Source: Caldisericia bacterium
GTDB lineage: Bacteria > Caldisericota > Caldisericia > UBA6126
Assembly: GCA_023146045.1 (NCBI GenBank)
Contig: JAGLCW010000017.1
Coordinates: 1-59,068, forward strand
DNA: 59,068 bases
Direction: 5' to 3'
Translations under genes and position numbers: made by a program
Shown: positions 24,954-33,582 of the stretch, piece after piece
Layout of the letters: each line of letters opens with the position of its first letter
How positions within the stretch are numbered: position 1 is the stretch's first letter
The notes under the pieces: model-generated
What the model was told of the DNA's origin: nothing
The model's database searches: none
What the model saw: only the letters and a program-made list of their open reading frames with translations

Positions 24954-25874
24954 TTAAATACTCTTATCGTTTATTGAAATCAATTGAATTTCACGTTCAA
25001 GAATAATACCAGTTTGATTGAATACTTCAGCTTCAACAGATTCTGCTAGCTGAATAATTTCTTCGAAAGTAGCATTTCTAGTATTTACAATAAAATTTCC
25101 ATGTCTCTCTGATATTTTTGCATCTCCATTTTTTTTACCTTTTAGCCCTAATTGCTCTATTAGAGCCCCTGTTGACTGGTTATTCGTATTTTTCCAAAAG
25201 CAACCAGCGTTCTTTGTGTATAAAGGTTGGGAAAATTTACGCTTTTGTAAGTATTTTTGATTTTTTTGCTTCTCTTCTTCGATATCACCTTTCTGCAATT
25301 CCAAAATTACAGAAGTAACAACATATTTGTTTTTTAGAAAAAGACTGCTTCTATAGGAGAAATACTCATCTATTTGCGAACCATTTATTTGTGTTATTGA
25401 CTTACCATCATAGTATTCAACCATAGAAAGCAAAGATGCAATGCATCCATAGACGGTTCCAGCATTCATTGCCGTGCACCCTCCAATAGTTCCAGGTATT
25501 CCTGTAAGAAAAGAATATCCAGTACAGTCATTTTTAAGCAATACTTTTATCAGCTTTGGCAATGACATACCAGCTTCAACATGAATTCTTTTTTCATCCA
25601 AAAATGAATACTCAGAAATTTCATTTGCTATTTTTATAACTACCCCATCAAATCCATCACTTGGCGCTATAACATTTGTTCCATTACCAATAACAGTACA
25701 TGGAATTGAATTCTCGTTACACAACACTATTGTTTTTGTAATATCTTGAGTACATTTTGGAAGCAATAGAACTCTAGCTGGACCACCAACTCCAATTGTT
25801 AAATGATTCTTAAGCGGTTCATTGTATAAAACGCTTCCAGTAAAATAGTTAAGATTAAATCCAATGTTCATCAA
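24954..25874 (-). CDS. murB: UDP-N-acetylenolpyruvoylglucosamine reductase
   Basis: GVGGPA, IGNGTNV, GIPGTIGG..MNAG, FSYRSS and HGNFIVN motifs. Confidence 0.95.
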   Translation of the reverse strand: MMNIGFNLNYFTGSVLYNEPLKNHLTIGVGGPARVLLLPKCTQDITKTIVLCNENSIPCTVIGNGTNVIAPSDGFDGVVIKIANEISEYSFLDEKRIHVEAGMSLPKLIKVLLKNDCTGYSFLTGIPGTIGGCTAMNAGTVYGCIASLLSMVEYYDGKSITQINGSQIDEYFSYRSSLFLKNKYVVTSVILELQKGDIEEEKQKNQKYLQKRKFSQPLYTKNAGCFWKNTNNQSTGALIEQLGLKGKKNGDAKISERHGNFIVNTRNATFEEIIQLAESVEAEVFNQTGIILEREIQLISINDKSI

Positions 25875-27228
25875 TCACTAATTCTTTGCATGCTTTCCAT
25901 ACATCGCCTGGACCCAAAGCTAAAATTATTGAATCTGAATCTAAGAATCTTTTAGCAATGCTTACTCCATGATCAAGAGACTTTGCTAAGTATTTATTAC
26001 CATCTGATAGATTAACACTGTCAAAAAACACTCTTGATTTTACTCCTTTTCGGTCGCTCTCTCCAGCAGAATAGACTGGTAAAATAATTAACTCATCTGC
26101 TTTATGTACACATTCGATATATTCTGCAAATAAGTTTTTCAGCCTAGAGTATCTGTGTGGTTGCAATAAAACTACTAGTTTTTTATTCGGAAAATACTTT
26201 TTGGCATCAGCTAAAACAGCCTTTATTACTTCTGGACTATCACCTTCATCATCTACAATTAATGCTTTGTGTTTACTTGGGTAAAACTGAAATCGTCTGT
26301 CAATTACAGGCAAATTAGTAAAATATTGTGATGGATTTTTTAATTGCCCTGCAAAACTTTCAAGCAAAGCAAAAGCAAATACTGCATCTAGTACATTTCT
26401 TAATGATGGCATTTTAATTTGAGAGTCAAATTCTGAATATTTTCCTTTAACATGAAATTTTGTGAATAAGTTTACACCATTAAACTCTGTTTTTAAATCT
26501 TGTATCTGGTAATCACAATTTTCAACGCCACAAGTAGTATATTTTATTCCATTAAAAAGCTCTTTGTAATTCTTTATCATTTCATATGGGATAACTACAG
26601 ATTCTTTTGTTTTCATCATTAGATTAACAAGGGAATTAATCAAATTTATTTTTTTATTTCCATAATTCGGTAAATGGTCATTCCCGAAATTTGTTACAAT
26701 CAACCCTTCGGGAGAAAACTGTAAATACTCTGGTTTCGACTCATCAGTTTCCAAAATAAAATATTCCCCGTCAGAAATTTTGAAGCACGGGTAATGTAGC
26801 ATATCTGCACCAATAAGCCATGAGGGTTTGCAGTTTGCAGTAGAAAACATGCTAGACGCGTACACCGTAGTTGTACTTTTCCCATAACTACCAGATATTG
26901 AGATAAGTTTTTTAGATTGAACAATTTTTCTGATTGCTGATATCCTATCAATGCAATCAATTCCTAGCTTTTTTGCTTTCATTAATTCTTGATTAGTTCC
27001 TAGAATGGCTGTTGAATAGACTACTTCGTCAATACTAGCATTGATGTTACTCTCAATTTGTGAACGATTAACAACTATTCCTTTTTGTTGTAATTCATTA
27101 AGCATCCTAAAAACAGCAATGTCTGATCCGGATACATTATAACCAAGTTCTCGATAATACATTGCCAAAGGCGTCATACCGACGCCACCAATTCCTATAA
27201 AATAAACATGTTTTTTGTTATTGCACAA
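25855..27228 (-). CDS. murC: MurC-family ligase with divergent substrate motifs
   Basis: FIGIGGVGM, VSGSD, GKSTTT, DES, DHL, RRF and QPHRYSR motifs; dcw position. The canonical DDYAHHP reads DDEGDSP. Confidence 0.85.
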   Translation of the reverse strand: MCNNKKHVYFIGIGGVGMTPLAMYYRELGYNVSGSDIAVFRMLNELQQKGIVVNRSQIESNINASIDEVVYSTAILGTNQELMKAKKLGIDCIDRISAIRKIVQSKKLISISGSYGKSTTTVYASSMFSTANCKPSWLIGADMLHYPCFKISDGEYFILETDESKPEYLQFSPEGLIVTNFGNDHLPNYGNKKINLINSLVNLMMKTKESVVIPYEMIKNYKELFNGIKYTTCGVENCDYQIQDLKTEFNGVNLFTKFHVKGKYSEFDSQIKMPSLRNVLDAVFAFALLESFAGQLKNPSQYFTNLPVIDRRFQFYPSKHKALIVDDEGDSPEVIKAVLADAKKYFPNKKLVVLLQPHRYSRLKNLFAEYIECVHKADELIILPVYSAGESDRKGVKSRVFFDSVNLSDGNKYLAKSLDHGVSIAKRFLDSDSIILALGPGDVWKACKELVIDEHWI

Positions 27229-28360
27229 TTCTTAGCTCTTCCTTTTTAGAATTTTTCTCTGGAAGTCTTGCTGCGATATTTAGTATTACACCAATCTCAA
27301 ATAGATTCAACACCAGTGCACTTCCCCCTTTACTAATAAAAGGCAGTGGGACACCGGTTGGTAAGAATACAGCCAAAGTAACTGCTACATGCAGAATTGC
27401 TTGGAATAGAATATGAAATGCAATGCCAGAAACAAGAACAGAATTAAAGTGATTTTTTGATAGTCTTGCGATTTGCAAAGCGTAGTAAAAAAGGAAAAAA
27501 TACAGAATTAACAAAAGAAATCCAAAAATTAACCCGAACTCTTCACAGATTATGGCAAAAATGTAATCGGTAGATGAAAATGCAAGATTAACAAATTTTT
27601 GAGAGCTTTTCATAAAACCTTGACCGAAAAACCCACCTCTTACTATTGCCCTTAATCCTTGCCTTAACTGATAAGCATCTGGGCTAATATAAACAGCCTG
27701 CACTATATCTAGCCGTCTATTTAATCTTGGTATTTTTAACATAGCAAAATAAGAAAGAATTGAAAAACCTGTTGTAGAAAGAACTCCCAACATTAAAGGT
27801 AATCCAGCAAGCATCATTGTTACTATTCCTATTGCGCCAAAAACCAAAGCTGCAGAAGCATTAGGCTCTATAGCGATTAAAAGACCTCCAAGGACAATCA
27901 TAAACAAAGGACCGATATGATCTGAAAGCTTCATTCTATTTTTAAATCTTGAATAATAAGAAGCAATGTAGAAAATTATTGCTACTTTAGCAATTTCTGA
28001 TGGTTGCATTGTAATTCCCCACAAGCCAGGGATCATTATCCATCTTTTTGCTTGTTCTCCTACTTCATTTGTAATGGAAGTATGGAACATAAGCACAGCT
28101 ACTAGCAAACAAATTGATATGAAGTAAAACATAAATGCATACTTTTTTAAGTATTTTGTATTCATTTTTCTAACAACTAATGCAACAACTGTACCAATTA
28201 ATAAAAAGAAACTTTGCTGATAAAGTCCATTGAATGGATTTCCTATGCCACCATCATTAAAATAATATATTGATGTAGTTGAAAATGTCATCAATAAACC
28301 AATAACGCAGAGTAAACATGTTAATAATACAATATTGGCGTGTAGTTTTTTAGGTGACAT
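27218..28360 (-). CDS. ftsW: SEDS family peptidoglycan glycosyltransferase FtsW
   Basis: Polytopic membrane protein with KRWI, QPSEIAK, TDYIFAIICEEFG and TGVPLPFIS motifs. Confidence 0.92.
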   Translation of the reverse strand: MSPKKLHANIVLLTCLLCVIGLLMTFSTTSIYYFNDGGIGNPFNGLYQQSFFLLIGTVVALVVRKMNTKYLKKYAFMFYFISICLLVAVLMFHTSITNEVGEQAKRWIMIPGLWGITMQPSEIAKVAIIFYIASYYSRFKNRMKLSDHIGPLFMIVLGGLLIAIEPNASAALVFGAIGIVTMMLAGLPLMLGVLSTTGFSILSYFAMLKIPRLNRRLDIVQAVYISPDAYQLRQGLRAIVRGGFFGQGFMKSSQKFVNLAFSSTDYIFAIICEEFGLIFGFLLLILYFFLFYYALQIARLSKNHFNSVLVSGIAFHILFQAILHVAVTLAVFLPTGVPLPFISKGGSALVLNLFEIGVILNIAARLPEKNSKKEELRIVQ

Positions 28361-28362
28361 AA

Positions 28363-29754
28363 TTAGTGGTTATAGGTTCGCCAAACCATTTTTTTAAAAA
28401 AATCTCCTCTTTCTTCAAAATTTGAAAATTCATCAAAACTTGCACACCCAGGTGACAACAAAACAAATTCATTTTCATCTGCTCTCTTTATTGCTTCAAA
28501 GAATCCACTTTTAAAAGTAGGTGTCATTTTATAGTTTTTAAATCCTTTTGCTTCAAGAGCTGATCTGATTTTTTTCCTAGTTTTTCCGTATATTACTACA
28601 CATTTTATAAAAGGATGTTCTTTAATCCATTTTGCTAAATCAGAAAAATCGCTTTCTTTATCGGATCCACCAAGCATTAAAATAAATGGCTCAGTCATGC
28701 AGTTTATTGCTACTATAGATGTAGAAGGCTTTGTAGATTTTGAATCGTTTATAAACCCAATACCACCATATCTTCCAACCCATTCAAATCGATGTGGTAA
28801 CCCATCGAACGATGCCAATGCATCTAAACATTTTCTAATTGAAAAGTCTTTTTTCAAAAACAAATATGCAGAAAGTATTGAAACAATAGCGTTTTGTCTA
28901 TTGTGAAGTCCTTTAATCTTCATTTCTCCAATTGGAATTCGTATAGACTTTCCATGATCACATATCACTGCTTCATCTGTTAACTGATCATACCAACAGC
29001 CTTTCTCGACAGGATTTTTCATAGAAAATAGATATTTTTTTGCCTTACTTACTTTAATATTTGTTAAACATGGCTGATCTCCATTTAGTATAGAGTAGTC
29101 GTTTTCTGTCTGATTTTCAAAAATTCGTAGCTTTGCAGAAAAATAATCGTCCATATTGTTATATCGATTTAAATGATCTTCTGAAAAATTCAAAAAAACA
29201 GCAACATGGGGTGAAAACTCTTGTATTGTTTCTAATTGGAATGAACTGACTTCAACTACTAGTGTTGCTTTTTTTGTTTTATGCACAATCTCAGATATTG
29301 GAATTCCAATATTCCCACAAACATAAACAGGCGTGATGTGATAACGTAATATTTGACCAGTTAGCTCCACAGTTGTACTTTTACCAGAAGTACCAGTGAC
29401 TGCAATAAATTTTGATTCAGTATATTGATATGCAAGTTCTATCTCACCAATAATTGGAACATGATTCTCTTCTGCTGCTCTTAAAACTGGAATCCTAGTT
29501 GGAACAGCTGGAGAAATAACAATTAGATCTTTGTCGACGTAGGTTCTCTCAGAATGTAGTCCCAATTCAAAATCTACTCCGATCGACTCAAGCCAAATGA
29601 TAGTTTTCGGATCAACATCAGCAGCTTTTTCTGTTGCAAATACTATTGCCCCTTTTGACAACAATAGTTCAACTGCAGCCTTACCGCTTTTCATTAATCC
29701 AAAAACAGTAATTTTTTTATCTTTAACAGAAAGTGTTTTTTTCATAGTATTCAT
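28363..29754 (-). CDS. murD: UDP-MurNAc-L-Ala:D-Glu ligase
   Basis: GNIGIP, EVSSFQLE, DHLNRY, LPHRFE, NDSK and LSPGCASFDEFSNFEERG motifs. Confidence 0.95.
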   Translation of the reverse strand: MNTMKKTLSVKDKKITVFGLMKSGKAAVELLLSKGAIVFATEKAADVDPKTIIWLESIGVDFELGLHSERTYVDKDLIVISPAVPTRIPVLRAAEENHVPIIGEIELAYQYTESKFIAVTGTSGKSTTVELTGQILRYHITPVYVCGNIGIPISEIVHKTKKATLVVEVSSFQLETIQEFSPHVAVFLNFSEDHLNRYNNMDDYFSAKLRIFENQTENDYSILNGDQPCLTNIKVSKAKKYLFSMKNPVEKGCWYDQLTDEAVICDHGKSIRIPIGEMKIKGLHNRQNAIVSILSAYLFLKKDFSIRKCLDALASFDGLPHRFEWVGRYGGIGFINDSKSTKPSTSIVAINCMTEPFILMLGGSDKESDFSDLAKWIKEHPFIKCVVIYGKTRKKIRSALEAKGFKNYKMTPTFKSGFFEAIKRADENEFVLLSPGCASFDEFSNFEERGDFFKKMVWRTYNH

Positions 29755-29766
29755 TTTACAAAAAAG

Positions 29767-30720
29767 CTACAAAAAATAAATAATAGATGCAAGAACACAG
29801 CAAACTATTTGAATTACAGTAAAACTTACCATGATTTGAGTTTCAGAATGACCAGAAAGTTCAAAATGATGATGAAGTGGAGACATTTTAAACACTCTCT
29901 TCCCTTTGCCATATTTTCTCTTTGTGTACTTAAACCATGCGACTTGTATTATCACTGACATAGCTTCCGTAACAAAAATGAAACAAAGAATAAGCAATAA
30001 TAGCTCTGTCTTTGAAATAACAGCAAGCGAAACTATTGCACCACCTATAGCAAAAGAACCAACATTTCCCATAAACACTTTTGCCGGGTGAGCATTGTAT
30101 AGAATAAATCCTAGCAATCCAGCAATCATAAAAACAGCAAAAATAGCAGGATAGATTTTTCCTTGTGAAAATAATACTACAGAATAAAAAACAAAAATCG
30201 GGATAGATACACTGCTTAGCAGACCGTCTACTCCATCTGTCAAATTTACAGAATTTACAACTGAAAGAATTATTAATAACTCAAGCACAATAATAAACAA
30301 AATATTATATCCAGCAAAGTTATTGTTCAAGCTGTAAATAATTATTGGTACTGAAAATACTAGCTGAAGTGATATGTCTTCTCTAGCCTTTAAACCATAT
30401 GGAGATTTCAATATTGTTTTCTTATAATCATCAAGATATCCAATGAGTCCGTATGCTATAAAAGCATAAAGTGGTAGCCAATATTCTATATTTGCTTGAG
30501 AATAAATTAAAAAAACTGTAAAAAAACAACTAACAACAAAAATAAATACTAAACCACCCATAGTCGGTGTTCCTTGTTTTTTCAAGTGGGCTTGTGGACC
30601 TTCTTCTCTTACAAACTGTCCTATTTGAAATTTTTTTAACATCGAAACAACTATTGGCATCAAACCTGTTGTCAGAAAAAAACAAACGATAAAAGAGATG
30701 CCATATTTCAATAAAGTCAT
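29767..30720 (-). CDS. mraY: Phospho-MurNAc-pentapeptide translocase
   Basis: KQGTPTMGG, GYLDDY, NLTDGVDGL and PLHHHFEL motifs; FMGD reads FMGN. Confidence 0.93.
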   Translation of the reverse strand: MTLLKYGISFIVCFFLTTGLMPIVVSMLKKFQIGQFVREEGPQAHLKKQGTPTMGGLVFIFVVSCFFTVFLIYSQANIEYWLPLYAFIAYGLIGYLDDYKKTILKSPYGLKAREDISLQLVFSVPIIIYSLNNNFAGYNILFIIVLELLIILSVVNSVNLTDGVDGLLSSVSIPIFVFYSVVLFSQGKIYPAIFAVFMIAGLLGFILYNAHPAKVFMGNVGSFAIGGAIVSLAVISKTELLLLILCFIFVTEAMSVIIQVAWFKYTKRKYGKGKRVFKMSPLHHHFELSGHSETQIMVSFTVIQIVCCVLASIIYFL

Positions 30721-30721
30721 T

Positions 30722-32110
30722 TTATTTCCTTTGCATTTTTTCTAGATCTGATACAAATTGAGACAAACCAATTCCATTAGAAGCCTTCACAAACACGGCG
30801 CAGTTGTTTTTAATCCAAGGATACACTATCTTTTTTAACATTTTAACATCATTTATAGCATGTAATTGACTTTTTCTTAGATATCCTTTTGAAAAATCTT
30901 CAAAATGATCACCAACATAGTATACTGCATCAGCATTTACAGAGTTAGCTATCATGCCAAGCTTTTTGTGCTCATCTTTTGAGATTACTCCTAATTCTAA
31001 CATATCACCAAGAATTAATACTTTTTTGTTAGAATTAAAACTTTTGAATGCTTCTAGGCACATTTTCATAGATAAAGGATTAGCGTTGTATGATTCATCA
31101 ATACATACTGAATCATTTTCTAGTTCTATTATTCCACCTCTTCCTTTTTCTGGTTTAAAGTTGAGTAAGTTTTTTCTAATTGTTTCATATTCAATATCTC
31201 CCACAAGTTCTTTTGTAAGAACAATGCTTGCTGTAGCATCTAAAACAAAATGATCTCCAAATGCTCTTATACAAAATTCACCAATGTCTTTCCCGTTATT
31301 GAATATTGAAAATGTTGTACCAAAACTGTCCGTCTTCACCCTCTTTATGTAAATTTCAAATCCTTCATCAAATCCATAAAGCTTAATGTTTGGATGAATT
31401 TCTAATAGATCTTTTTCAAGTCCACCCATATGTCCATTTGCAAATTTTGTGTATGGGTTTTCAATATTCAAAAAAATCTGTGACTTTGTTCTCATTATTT
31501 CTTCAAGAGAAGAAAAATATTCAGTATGAGAAGCTCCAATACTTGTAAGAATAGCGGCTTTCACATCAGAAAAACACTTAAGTGTTTTTTCAATTTCTCC
31601 CCTATAAGAAGCACTTAACTCTGAAATAATCCATCTGGAATCGTCTGGAATATTTGATAATGCTATTGGTATACCAATTGGTGTATTATAATTTTTAAAA
31701 GTTGCATAAGAGTTTGGTAATAAACAATTTAGTATTTGTTTTGTAGTTGTTTTACCTGCTGATCCAGATATCAAGATATTGTTTCTTCCAGCGCTCATTT
31801 CAGCTGCCAAATCAATTAAAGCATCATGCGTATCTTTAACTTTGATAAATATCGTTTTTGAGTTTTCGAAAACAGTATCAACTTTTTTTTGAACAATGAC
31901 TACTCTTGGAAAATTTTTTAAAACATCTTTAATAAAATCATGACCATCTACTCTGTCCCCTTTTAAACAAACAAAAACATCTCCACTTAAAACATTTCTT
32001 GAGTCCACAGAAATATGAAGATTAAACTGAACATTATTTTCAAGTGCTGATTTAAATACTAGTTTCCCATTGCAAAATTTAATAATTTTTTCTACTGTCG
32101 TTTTAAACAC
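30722..32110 (-). CDS. murF: UDP-MurNAc-tripeptide:D-Ala-D-Ala ligase
   Basis: DSR..DGHDF, GSAGKTTTK, ESYNANPLSM and LGDMLELG motifs. Confidence 0.92.
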   Translation of the reverse strand: MFKTTVEKIIKFCNGKLVFKSALENNVQFNLHISVDSRNVLSGDVFVCLKGDRVDGHDFIKDVLKNFPRVVIVQKKVDTVFENSKTIFIKVKDTHDALIDLAAEMSAGRNNILISGSAGKTTTKQILNCLLPNSYATFKNYNTPIGIPIALSNIPDDSRWIISELSASYRGEIEKTLKCFSDVKAAILTSIGASHTEYFSSLEEIMRTKSQIFLNIENPYTKFANGHMGGLEKDLLEIHPNIKLYGFDEGFEIYIKRVKTDSFGTTFSIFNNGKDIGEFCIRAFGDHFVLDATASIVLTKELVGDIEYETIRKNLLNFKPEKGRGGIIELENDSVCIDESYNANPLSMKMCLEAFKSFNSNKKVLILGDMLELGVISKDEHKKLGMIANSVNADAVYYVGDHFEDFSKGYLRKSQLHAINDVKMLKKIVYPWIKNNCAVFVKASNGIGLSQFVSDLEKMQRK

Positions 32111-33582
32111 AATTCTTCTTTCTTCTTGACAATACTTGTTGTTTCGACAATGTCATCGAAAACTGTAATTTTCCCATTTTGGATGAACTCTTTTTGGTTT
32201 CCTCGTCCGAGAATTGCAACAACTGAGTTTGATGGAGCAAATTCAATAGCATTTGATATGGCTTCTCGTCTATTTCTAATAATTAATACTTTCTTCTTGT
32301 CTTCCATATTTAAATTTGCCAAAAAATGAGAAAAAGCAATTTCAGGATCTTCATTCTCTGGATCGTCAAGCGTCAGAACAATTTTATCGAAAAATGTATT
32401 AAAAAAGACTCCCAGCTGAGCCCTATACTCTTTTTTTCCCCCTCCAACATTACCGAATACTAGTATTTTTTCAGAACATTTTGTTTTAAGTAGTTCTTTT
32501 TTGATGTTCTCTAGTGCAATGATTGTATTGGCTTTGTCAATTACTATTTGAAATGGGAGTTTAGTTTCGATAATATGCCATCTACCAGGTATTGCTTGAG
32601 TTTTTTCTAAAACACTAGCTGTTTGTTTGGAAGAATATCCAAAATGGATACCTATCAATAATGCTACAGTAAAATTGTATGCCTGAAATTCCCCAATCAA
32701 CGGGATGTGGATTTTTTGGAAAAAGAAATCATTTTTCACACTGCAAACATTTTTCCACATAGAAAGTTGATAATCGGATCTTTTTTTTGTACTGACTGTG
32801 AAAAATCTAGGATCTTCTGGTAAATTCATGGTAGACGACAATTCTGAATCAATATTAATATACGCAGTACCACTTGTTTTTAACATTTTTAGAAGTTTTT
32901 CTTTTGCTTGAACATAATCTTCAACTGAGTTGTAGTATTCAACATGATGACAGTGTGCCAACGAAATAATAGATACAGCATCAAACTTTATTCCAAACAA
33001 TCTATTCTGGGATAGTCCATGAGAACTTGCCTCTAAAACAGCACACTTGCATCCATTTTTACATGCCATAGATAGAAGATAGTTCAGCTCATACGCATCA
33101 GGAGTAGTAACTGGACCTTTCATTGTATACTTAAAGATTTTCCCGCCAAACAAAATTCCTGCCGTGCCTATTACAGCAGTCTTAAGATTTAAGTTATTTA
33201 GCATTTGTGCAATAATATGTGCGGTTGATGTTTTTCCTGAAGTTCCAGTAATTGCTACCATTCTCATTTTTTTTGCGGGATACTTGAAAAATGCTTGTGA
33301 AAGAATGCTCCAACTTTCTGAAGAATCCTCCACTTCACAATAGGCAATTCCACTAGGTATTTTTTCTTTATTAAACCCATTCTGAACTATCAGCCCAATT
33401 GCACCATTTTTTAAAGCAACACCGATATAGTTGTGAGAATCTACTTCTGTGCCTTTTGTTGCAACAAAAATGTCTCCATTTTTTATTTTTCTTGAATCAC
33501 GTTCAATATTTTTTATTTCTTTATGAAATGGAATTTTATATGAAGTACAATTAATTATCGAAGGTAAATCAGTTAGATACAT
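32092..33582 (-). CDS. murE: MurE-family ligase with a divergent amino-acid pocket
   Basis: Likely start MYLTDL (33582); DSRK..DSH.Y, ITGTSGKTST, TTPDA, EASSHGL.QNR and PGRW motifs; DNPR reads DDPE and DYAHT reads DKANT. Confidence 0.85.
   Translation of the reverse strand: MYLTDLPSIINCTSYKIPFHKEIKNIERDSRKIKNGDIFVATKGTEVDSHNYIGVALKNGAIGLIVQNGFNKEKIPSGIAYCEVEDSSESWSILSQAFFKYPAKKMRMVAITGTSGKTSTAHIIAQMLNNLNLKTAVIGTAGILFGGKIFKYTMKGPVTTPDAYELNYLLSMACKNGCKCAVLEASSHGLSQNRLFGIKFDAVSIISLAHCHHVEYYNSVEDYVQAKEKLLKMLKTSGTAYINIDSELSSTMNLPEDPRFFTVSTKKRSDYQLSMWKNVCSVKNDFFFQKIHIPLIGEFQAYNFTVALLIGIHFGYSSKQTASVLEKTQAIPGRWHIIETKLPFQIVIDKANTIIALENIKKELLKTKCSEKILVFGNVGGGKKEYRAQLGVFFNTFFDKIVLTLDDPENEDPEIAFSHFLANLNMEDKKKVLIIRNRREAISNAIEFAPSNSVVAILGRGNQKEFIQNGKITVFDDIVETTSIVKKKEELCLKRQ

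Noticed and set aside
25190-25215. MurB catalytic Ser replaced by Cys (NAGCFWKN)
   Set aside because: Cys at this position is a known functional variant in several MurB lineages.
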